Shown: positions 1 to 4,878 of the stretch, one piece after another
Layout of the letters: every line of letters begins with the position of its first letter
Position numbering within the stretch: position 1 is the first letter of the stretch
Virus record (IMG/VR): IMGVR_UViG_3300030032_000114
Coordinates: 1 to 9,216 of that record
From: a virus
Reading direction: 5' to 3' (one strand)
DNA length: 9,216 nucleotides
Made by a program: the position numbers and the translations under genes
Notes under the pieces: generated by a model
Seen by the model: only the letters and a program-made list of their open reading frames with translations
Database searches by the model: none
What the model was told of the DNA's origin: nothing

Positions 1-2
1 TA

Positions 3-320
3 AGAGGAAAAGATGCGGATAAGTTTTGGTTCAGCTTATTTCATGAAGTGTACCATATTATTGAAGGACATATAAATACACAAGGAAGAACAAGTGTGGA
101 AGAAGAAAAAGCTGCAGATATTTTTGCAAGAGATATACTCATTCCACCAAATAAATTTGTCGATTTTATAAACGCAAATAGATTTTATAAAAATGATATT
201 CTTAACTTTGCAAAAGAAATTGGGGTGGATCCTGGAATTGTAGTTGGTAGATTACAAAAAGAAAACTATATAAAGTATAGTTATTTTAATGATTTAAAAA
301 CACATTACGCAATTCTGTAA
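3..320 (+). CDS. ImmA/IrrE-family (Peptidase_M78/DUF955-like) zinc metalloprotease, 5'-truncated by the window edge
   Basis: The frame is open from base 3 (RGKDADKFWFSLFHEVYHIIEGH...), so the track's start at 48 is internal. An HEXXH motif (HEVYH) lies in the typical FxLxHExxH context. The tail resembles ImmA C-termini (EEEKAADIFARDILIP). Confidence 0.8.
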   Translation, partial: RGKDADKFWFSLFHEVYHIIEGHINTQGRTSVEEEKAADIFARDILIPPNKFVDFINANRFYKNDILNFAKEIGVDPGIVVGRLQKENYIKYSYFNDLKTHYAIL

Positions 321-351
321 ATTCTCATTGATGAATTTTATAATTGAAAAT

Positions 352-381
352 AAGGGTGGCAATTGCCACCCTTATTTTTTT
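352..381 (+). terminator. Rho-independent terminator after the ImmA-like gene
   Basis: AAGGGTGGCAATTGCCACCCTT is a perfect palindromic GC-rich stem, followed by a run of seven T. Confidence 0.75.
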
Positions 382-421
382 ACTTGCGATTTACAATTTA
401 TTTACAAAATATCAAACAATA

Positions 422-450
422 TTGTAATTAAGTGGCATATGTTGTATTAT
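422..450 (+). promoter_or_regulatory. Candidate sigma-A promoter for the 65-aa ORF
   Basis: TTGTAA (422-427), a 17-nt spacer, then TATTAT (445-450). Confidence 0.4.
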
Positions 451-484
451 ATAGCATAGGGGAAGAAAGGACTAAGATATAACT

Positions 485-682
485 ATGTATACAATTACGC
501 AAGACAAAAAGAATATTGATGGAGCGGTAAAGACCACATACGGCATTAAATGTGATGAAGTGTCTGTCCAAGATGTGTCACCGAATAAGGAAGAAGTGAC
601 AGAATTAATAGACAGGCTGAACCAGTACGGATTGTCACGCTGTCATTTGCAAGATGTGATTGAAGATTTTATAGTGCATTAA
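485..682 (+). CDS. Small hypothetical protein (65 aa), possibly DUF6514-like
   Basis: An ORF sits between a promoter-like site and the repeat region. The pattern TYGI...VSP...V.EL...L....LS..HL.DVIEDF recalls small clostridial proteins I remember as DUF6514. The SD is weak or distant (AAAGGA about 13 nt upstream). Confidence 0.5.
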   Translation: MYTITQDKKNIDGAVKTTYGIKCDEVSVQDVSPNKEEVTELIDRLNQYGLSRCHLQDVIEDFIVH

Positions 683-694
683 TATAGTGATTTT

Positions 695-713
695 TGTACA
701 CGTTTTTTACACG
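695..713. repeat. Direct repeat copy A (TGTACACGTTTTTTACACG); candidate att core or arm-type site
   Basis: It matches 901-919 exactly over 19 bp. It is built from TACACG units at 697, 708 and 716, the third in an extra 8-bp unit TTTACACG. Confidence 0.85.
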
Positions 714-865
714 TTTACACGAAATTTGTACAAATTTTATGTGAATGACGAAGTAAGTCAAAAGTGCCGAGAATGGCTTAAACAGTAGTGTTTTGAATGA
801 TTTTAAAGAACAATAAAATAGGGATAAAATAGTAAAAATAAATCCTGTTATCCGCACCAAAATGC

Positions 866-900
866 AAACAAACCGCATAGCTATGCGGTTTGTTTTTATA
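866..900. terminator. Palindromic, potentially bidirectional terminator
   Basis: AAACAAACCGCATAG|CTATGCGGTTTGTTT forms perfect 15-nt arms. It has a T-run on the + side, and the A-rich left arm gives a U-rich tail on the - side. It lies just downstream of the integrase stop in the minus direction. Confidence 0.6.
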
Positions 901-919
901 TGTACACGTTTTTTACACG
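901..919. repeat. Direct repeat copy B (TGTACACGTTTTTTACACG), 12 bp from the integrase stop; candidate attL core or arm site
   Basis: It matches 695-713 exactly over 19 bp, and the flanks are also partly similar (TTACACGAA(A/T)TTT). Confidence 0.85.
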
Positions 920-931
920 AATTTTTTAAAT

Positions 932-2086
932 TTATACGATTTTGTTTAAAATCTCAACGGCTTTTTCCTCTTGATGAGGGTACAGGTGAGAATATATATT
1001 CCATGTGATTTCTATATTGGTATGTCCCAAACGTCTTGCAATTTCTTGAATATTAATACCGTTATTCGCTAATAATGAGGCGTGGCTGTGTCTAAAATCG
1101 TGAATGCGTATTTTTTTGACGTTTGCAATATCGGCAAACTTTTCATTTCGTTTTTCAATGGTTGTATCACGCAAACATTTAACACCGCCACATATCCTCA
1201 AGTTATCAGAATAACCGTCAATATCCTTATAACGCTTTTGGTGTTCGTCCAATATATTAATCAGTGGCAATGGCATTTGCAAATCACGCACAGAAGATTT
1301 ATTTTTGGGCGGTGTTTCTCTGTCGTCACCCTTTAACTTTTGGGCAATACTGCGTCGTACATGAATTATATTATCATCTATATCCGACCACCTCAACGCA
1401 TTTATTTCGCCCTTACGCATACCCGTATAGAATGCGATATTAAAAAATACATAGAAATTCCATTCATATATACTTCCGGTTGATTGTTCGGATAGCTCCG
1501 CTTGCTCTTTGGCGACTTGTATGTACTTTTTAAATTCTTCGGGTGTGTAAAAATCCATTTCCCTTTTATTTTCGTATGGATTTCTAAAGTTGCCGACAAC
1601 AGTAAGAGGATTTCTCGGTATGTATTCCATTTTTACCGCATAGTTCATCAATGCACGAAATTCACCGAATATATTTTGTTTCATACTTGATGAAAGTTTT
1701 TCTGTTGGCTTTTTAGCATTTGTACAGGTTTCGATATATTGTTTCCACTTTTGTAGCTCTGAAGATGTAATCTTGTTTAATTTGTAATCTTTAAATTTAG
1801 GCAATACATATAACTCTAATCGTCCTATGATAGTACGCATAGAATTTTCTCTGACTTCAAACTTTTTTACGGCAATGTATTCATCATATAGTTGTTGCAA
1901 TGTTATTTTCTTTATTGTTTCGTCACTGAGATTGTATGCTAATTGCCGTTCAAGCTCCTTTGCCACTTCTTTGCCGTAGGCAACACGGTCAATTTGTTTT
2001 GATTTGCCGGAACTGTCGGTGAAGTTAATTCTTACACGATACTTCTGCAAACCGTCTTTTTTACCGTCCATTTTATAAATAGGCAT
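932..2086 (-). CDS. int: Tyrosine recombinase / phage integrase (384 aa)
   Basis: Catalytic motifs are present: TGMRKGEINALRWSDI (Arg), HDFRHSHASLL (HxxR) and LGHTNIEITWNIYSHL (His/Tyr). The N-terminus looks like an arm-binding domain (MPIYKMDGKKDGLQKYRVRINF). I chose the ATG at 2086 because it follows AAAGGAGTG plus 8 nt, whereas the track's upstream extension has no SD. Confidence 0.92.
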   Translation of the reverse strand: MPIYKMDGKKDGLQKYRVRINFTDSSGKSKQIDRVAYGKEVAKELERQLAYNLSDETIKKITLQQLYDEYIAVKKFEVRENSMRTIIGRLELYVLPKFKDYKLNKITSSELQKWKQYIETCTNAKKPTEKLSSSMKQNIFGEFRALMNYAVKMEYIPRNPLTVVGNFRNPYENKREMDFYTPEEFKKYIQVAKEQAELSEQSTGSIYEWNFYVFFNIAFYTGMRKGEINALRWSDIDDNIIHVRRSIAQKLKGDDRETPPKNKSSVRDLQMPLPLINILDEHQKRYKDIDGYSDNLRICGGVKCLRDTTIEKRNEKFADIANVKKIRIHDFRHSHASLLANNGINIQEIARRLGHTNIEITWNIYSHLYPHQEEKAVEILNKIV

Positions 2087-2115
2087 AAAAATAACACTCC
2101 TTTTCATTTTTTGTA

Positions 2116-2144
2116 TTGAAAACAGAGTGCATTTATGATACAAT
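2116..2144 (+). promoter_or_regulatory. Candidate sigma-A promoter with extended -10, on the + strand and antisense to the lysogeny genes
   Basis: TTGAAA (2116-2121), a 17-nt spacer, then TGaTACAAT (2136-2144). Confidence 0.45.
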
Positions 2145-2176
2145 ATTATTGGTTTGGATATTGTGTATAAATGCAC
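2127..2176. repeat. Imperfect 19/20-nt-arm inverted repeat upstream of int
   Basis: GTGCATTTATgATACAATAT - 11 nt - ATATTGTgTATAAATGCAC. The outer 10 bp are perfect. The repeat overlaps the + promoter -10 and a face-to-face minus-strand promoter candidate (TTTATA 2171-2166, 17 nt, TAATAT 2148-2143). Confidence 0.8.
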
Positions 2177-2222
2177 GTTATTCTTTTTCCTCTGTCTGCT
2201 CCAACAGGCAGAGGATTTTTTA
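2151..2222 (+). ncRNA. Candidate small RNA of about 70 nt, bounded by a promoter and a terminator
   Basis: The promoter at 2116-2144 predicts a TSS near 2148-2151. The only orientation-consistent intrinsic terminator is at 2189-2222. I see no credible + strand CDS between them. Confidence 0.35.
2189..2222 (+). terminator. Intrinsic terminator, functional only on the + strand
   Basis: CCTCTGTCTG / CAGGCAGAGG is a 10-bp stem with one G.U pair and a 6-nt loop, followed by ATTTTTTA. On the minus strand the stem is followed by AAAAAGAA, so it would not terminate that strand. Confidence 0.6.
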
Positions 2223-2450
2223 TGCCGCAGAATTGGTATAGTCAATTACTGCAATATCATTTATAACGCTTTCAAGTTTGTATACTATTTTTTCAATCTG
2301 CTCGAATACTTCATCAGAATAATAAACTTCGTTGCAATGCTCACAAACCATAGCCGGAACATTTTTTATAATAATAACGCAATTTTCAAGATTTGCAACA
2401 TATGTTCTGTTTTTGTTAATAGTGTCATGACCACATTCGATACATTTCAT
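2220..2450 (-). CDS. YgiT/MqsA-type zinc-finger protein; putative antitoxin (76 aa)
   Basis: Two CxxC pairs (CIECG ... CEHCNE) have the spacing typical of YgiT-type zinc-finger proteins. The SD AAAGGAGAA lies inside the upstream gene, and only 2 nt separate it from the DUF4258 gene. Confidence 0.8.
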   Translation of the reverse strand: MKCIECGHDTINKNRTYVANLENCVIIIKNVPAMVCEHCNEVYYSDEVFEQIEKIVYKLESVINDIAVIDYTNSAA

Positions 2451-2452
2451 AA

Positions 2453-2731
2453 TTAATTCTCCTTTCTTGTTTTCAAATCATCATAAAATTTTATGGTATC
2501 GGGAATATATGCCGTTATAATATGGATATATTCATTGTCGAAGCTACATACAACGTGTAACGGCTTATCAATACCTATATATCCGAATACAAGGCAACTT
2601 GCAAAAGGCTTGTCGCTTATATATTTTTCTATAATTTCACCGTTTAAAATACATTGTATTACATCAGCTCTTAATATTTTTCTTTGCAATAGCCTTTGAG
2701 TAGCGTGTTCTTTCCAAATTCTTACACGCAT
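2453..2731 (-). CDS. DUF4258-family protein; putative toxin (92 aa)
   Basis: The N-terminus MRVRIWKEHATQRLLQRKILRADVIQCILNGEII matches the DUF4258 pattern (H..R...R.I....V). The gene is paired with a downstream zinc-finger gene, as is usual for this family. Confidence 0.8.
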   Translation of the reverse strand: MRVRIWKEHATQRLLQRKILRADVIQCILNGEIIEKYISDKPFASCLVFGYIGIDKPLHVVCSFDNEYIHIITAYIPDTIKFYDDLKTRKEN

Positions 2732-2747
2732 TTTTCAAATCGTTTAT

Positions 2748-2777
2748 ATTATATGGAAAATCGTTAATTGTTATCAA
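2748..2777 (-). promoter_or_regulatory. Candidate promoter of the toxin/antitoxin pair
   Basis: On the minus strand: TTGATA (2777-2772), an 18-nt spacer, then TATAAT (2753-2748). The ATG lies 16 nt after the -10 with no SD, implying a very short leader. Confidence 0.55.
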
Positions 2778-2827
2778 TCCTTTCAATTTTTACTTACGTT
2801 TCTCTAATTTTATATATAAAAACCTCT

Positions 2828-3232
2828 TTAAAAATCTGAATTTTTCAAATAGTCCATATGTCTGCGATAACGTCTTGGGACGTTAATAGGTACATCATAA
2901 CCGATTTGTTTCAGAAATTCGGTTATAGCGTCAACACCGTCATTAAAAAATTCTGTTATACGTTTTTCTTTATTAGCTATATTTTTGTAATTAGGCGGGC
3001 ATACAAATGTCCAATCGGCACCCTCGTTATCAAAAATAATTCTGAAATATTCATCTATATTATATTTGTCGAGAGCCTTTGCCAATAATAAATGGTGTTC
3101 ACAACCCTCGTCAAGCAACGAAACAACAGCGTGTGAGCGGTCGTGTGCAATTACTGCCATTAATGGCTCACTGTCATGATTTATAAATTCGGTTTTCGTT
3201 TCATCACTGCCGTAATATTTAATGATGTCCAT
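2828..3232 (-). CDS. Hypothetical cytoplasmic protein (134 aa) with no family I recognise
   Basis: The SD AAGGGGA sits 8 nt upstream of the ATG, which is 30 nt downstream of the repressor stop. The composition is protein-like, with no signal peptide or TM segment. Confidence 0.75.
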   Translation of the reverse strand: MDIIKYYGSDETKTEFINHDSEPLMAVIAHDRSHAVVSLLDEGCEHHLLLAKALDKYNIDEYFRIIFDNEGADWTFVCPPNYKNIANKEKRITEFFNDGVDAITEFLKQIGYDVPINVPRRYRRHMDYLKNSDF

Positions 3233-3261
3233 AATATCAATCCCCTTAAATTCAATCTTAT

Positions 3262-3942
3262 CTACAGTTTTCTTTTTATCGACCGAACCAATCCAAAAAC
3301 CCGAATACGCAAAACATTTTCATTTTCAAAACGTCTGACAGGGTACATCGGATTTATCGAATGTAATTCAATAAAATTAGGACCGTATACGATTTTCTTA
3401 ATAACGCCTTCTTCATCATCAATCAATACCACGGCATAACTGCCACTGTCTACCGATGACTGACATCTGACAAGTACAAGGTCACCTTCTTCAAACTTCG
3501 GATACATACTGTCGCCCTTAACTGTTAAATATCTGTACTCTTGTCCGTCTTTTACGTCATCGTAGTCTGTCGGTTCATATCCGATAATTTCATTATCAGC
3601 AAGACAACCCGTTCCGGCTGCAACAGAACCAATAACAGGAATATTAACAAACTTTATATCATCTAACGGATATGTGTTTGATGGGGCAATTTGTTCAGCT
3701 TGCATTGGAACGTCATATCCCATAAGCCATGCTTCACTTACATTTAACGCTTTACCTAATATATATAGTTTATGTTGTCCAGGTTCTGATTTACCCGCCA
3801 CATATTGACTTATATCGTTTCTGCCTAATCTCGTATTATTTTCTTTGCAATAAGGCTCTGCCAATCTTACTATATCAATCTGTTTTAAATTACGTTCTTT
3901 CATTAATTGTTTTAATCTAAGAGCAGTATTTGAATTTTTCAA
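3262..3942 (-). CDS. Prophage repressor, XRE-type HTH plus S24 (LexA/cI-like) peptidase domain (226 aa)
   Basis: The N-terminal HTH is LKQLMKERNLKQIDIVRLAE...ISQYVAGKSEP. The C-terminal region carries GDSMYPKF (Ser nucleophile) and GVIKKI (Lys), with a candidate Ala-Gly self-cleavage site at VAAGTG. A TTG start follows GAGGAGG plus 8 nt. Confidence 0.92.
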   Translation of the reverse strand: MKNSNTALRLKQLMKERNLKQIDIVRLAEPYCKENNTRLGRNDISQYVAGKSEPGQHKLYILGKALNVSEAWLMGYDVPMQAEQIAPSNTYPLDDIKFVNIPVIGSVAAGTGCLADNEIIGYEPTDYDDVKDGQEYRYLTVKGDSMYPKFEEGDLVLVRCQSSVDSGSYAVVLIDDEEGVIKKIVYGPNFIELHSINPMYPVRRFENENVLRIRVFGLVRSIKRKL

Positions 3943-3965
3943 TTTTATCGCCTCCTCACACGATT

Positions 3966-3994
3966 ATTGTAACAGTTCTTGAACAAAAAGTCAA
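3966..3994 (-). promoter_or_regulatory. Leftward (repressor) promoter
   Basis: On the minus strand: TTGACT (3994-3989), a 17-nt spacer, then TACAAT (3971-3966). Confidence 0.6.
3967..3986. promoter_or_regulatory. Operator-like site O1 (TTGTAAC-N6-TGAACAA)
   Basis: This imperfect inverted repeat shares the TGAACAA half-site and overlaps the -10 and spacer of the leftward promoter. Confidence 0.5.
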
Positions 3995-4008
3995 TAAGCT
4001 TTATAAAA

Positions 4009-4029
4009 AAGTTCATTTTTTTTGAACAA
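4009..4029. promoter_or_regulatory. Operator-like site O2 (AAGTTCA-N7-TGAACAA)
   Basis: An inverted repeat GTTCA/TGAAC with a T7 spacer, 5 nt upstream of the rightward -35. Confidence 0.5.
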
Positions 4030-4034
4030 AAGTG

Positions 4035-4063
4035 TTGACAAGTGGTGAAGAACATGGTATTAT
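4035..4063 (+). promoter_or_regulatory. Rightward early promoter (PR-like)
   Basis: TTGACA (4035-4040), a 17-nt spacer, then TGgTATTAT, an extended -10 (4055-4063). Confidence 0.7.
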
Positions 4064-4067
4064 ATAA

Positions 4068-4088
4068 TTGTTCAAAGATACTGAACAA
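4068..4088. promoter_or_regulatory. Operator-like site O3 (TTGTTCA-N7-TGAACAA)
   Basis: Perfect 7-bp half-sites immediately downstream of the rightward -10. Confidence 0.6.
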
Positions 4089-4112
4089 AAAATAGAAAGG
4101 GGGTAAATAAAT

Positions 4113-4352
4113 ATGTCATTTAAGTACGCAAAGTTGTCGGGAAGAATTAAAGAAAAGTTCAAGACGCAAGAAAGATTTGCGGAGGCGATGAATATGTCAC
4201 CACGCAGTATATCATTAAAATTAAACAACAAAAGAGAATGGAAACAAAACGAAATTGATAAAGCTTGTGAACTGTTGGAAATTCAAACTTCCGAAATTGG
4301 TGAATTTTTTTTTGCCAACATTGTTCAAAGCTCTGAACAAAAATCAGCATAA
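4113..4352 (+). CDS. Cro-like HTH regulator (79 aa), resembling the DUF739 phage family
   Basis: MSFKYAKLSGRIKEKFKTQERFAEAMNMSPRSISLKLNNKREWKQNEI matches the Gram-positive phage Cro/DUF739 pattern. The SD is AAAGGGGGT. The gene is divergent from the repressor. Confidence 0.85.
   Translation: MSFKYAKLSGRIKEKFKTQERFAEAMNMSPRSISLKLNNKREWKQNEIDKACELLEIQTSEIGEFFFANIVQSSEQKSA
4321..4340. promoter_or_regulatory. Distal operator-like site O4 (TTGTTCA-N6-TGAACAA) inside the 3' end of the cro-like gene
   Basis: TTGTTCAAAGcTCTGAACAAAAA is nearly identical to O3 (TTGTTCAAAGatACTGAACAAAAA). Confidence 0.5.
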
Positions 4353-4385
4353 AAAAACAAGCACACAGCAAAGACTATGTGCTTG
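4351..4385 (-). terminator. Intrinsic terminator, functional only on the minus strand
   Basis: CAAGCACA (4358-4365) pairs with TGTGCTTG (4378-4385) around a 12-nt loop. On the minus strand a U7 tract follows (A-run 4351-4357 on +). On the + strand the stem is followed by AAGAAAAA, so early rightward transcription can read through. Confidence 0.75.
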
Positions 4386-4843
4386 AAGAAAAATAAATAT
4401 AGAGTTTCACCGAATTTACGGAGTGCAAACTATACGTTACCGTATAGCAGGGCGAATGATTCACCGCCTTTGAATTATTAAGTGTTTTAGTTACGTTGAT
4501 TAAAGAGTTGCATGAAGAAGTTGTGCAACCCAATATTCTTGCCTTATCAGCTTTTTGCTTGTCGTAATCAAAGCCTAAGCTTATTCTATAATCATCAGCA
4601 AGCTTGCTTGCATTATGCTCTTTGGCGATTTTAGCGAGGCCTGCTGTTGCTGAAACAATATTCATGGAATTTTTCATAGCAGTCCAAGTTGTTACTCCGA
4701 AAAAAATCGTGGTTATGTCATTTCTGCATAACTCTCATAGTCGCCTATGAGTTCAGACTGTGCCTTCAACCTGTGGGAAAGGTTGCTCCGTGTCCAGTCG
4801 TTACACCTCCCCGTAGTGGGTTTGGCTCGGCGTTGTCTATATT
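4352..4843 (-). ncRNA. Minus-strand transcript of about 490 nt from promoter to terminator; hairpin-rich, class unknown, and may carry a small ORF
   Basis: The promoter lies at 4850-4878 and the terminator at 4351-4385. Perfect helices in + coordinates are 4733-4739/4744-4750, 4766-4771/4779-4784 (nested inside 4755-4759/4794-4798), 4711-4716/4726-4731, 4507-4512/4524-4529 and 4430-4436/4441-4447. A bulged helix spans about 4402-4431, and AGCAAGCTTGCT at 4597-4608 is a 12-nt palindrome. There is no + strand ORF. Confidence 0.45.
4375..4677 (-). CDS. Questionable 100-aa ORF inside the structured transcript
   Basis: The first 50 or so codons look coding (G-rich first positions, amphipathic sequence SATAGLAKIAKEHNASKLADDYRISLGFDYDKQKADKARILG). 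The second half is low-complexity and rich in S, T, N and C. No SD lies within 15 nt of either ATG, and the stop codon falls in the terminator loop. Confidence 0.3.
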   Translation of the reverse strand: MKNSMNIVSATAGLAKIAKEHNASKLADDYRISLGFDYDKQKADKARILGCTTSSCNSLINVTKTLNNSKAVNHSPCYTVTYSLHSVNSVKLYIYFSSST

Positions 4844-4849
4844 TATTAC

Positions 4850-4878
4850 ATTTTAGCACAATATGGTTATTTACGCAA
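4850..4878 (-). promoter_or_regulatory. Minus-strand sigma-A promoter with extended -10 that drives the structured RNA
   Basis: On the minus strand: TTGCGT (4878-4873), a 17-nt spacer, then TGcTAAAAT (4858-4850). Confidence 0.6.

Noticed and set aside
2189-2222. The hairpin as the terminator of the minus-strand toxin-antitoxin operon.
   Set aside because: The orientation is wrong. On the minus strand the stem is followed by AAAAAGAA rather than a U-tract, and the T6 tract is on the + strand side.
2087-2245. The N-terminal 53-aa extension of the integrase ORF in the track (start at 2245).
   Set aside because: It has no SD and an odd sequence (MTIPILRHKKSSACWSRQRKK...). It would also run across the hairpins, promoters and antitoxin stop. 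The ATG at 2086 has AAAGGAGTG 8 nt upstream and starts a typical arm-binding domain.
4375-4530. The idea that the Cys/Ser/Thr-rich C-terminal half of the 100-aa ORF (GCTTSSCNS...) is a lanthipeptide or RiPP precursor.
   Set aside because: No modification enzyme, transporter or protease gene is anywhere nearby. The segment coincides with perfect RNA hairpins and the terminator, so its composition is better explained by RNA structure than by a core peptide.
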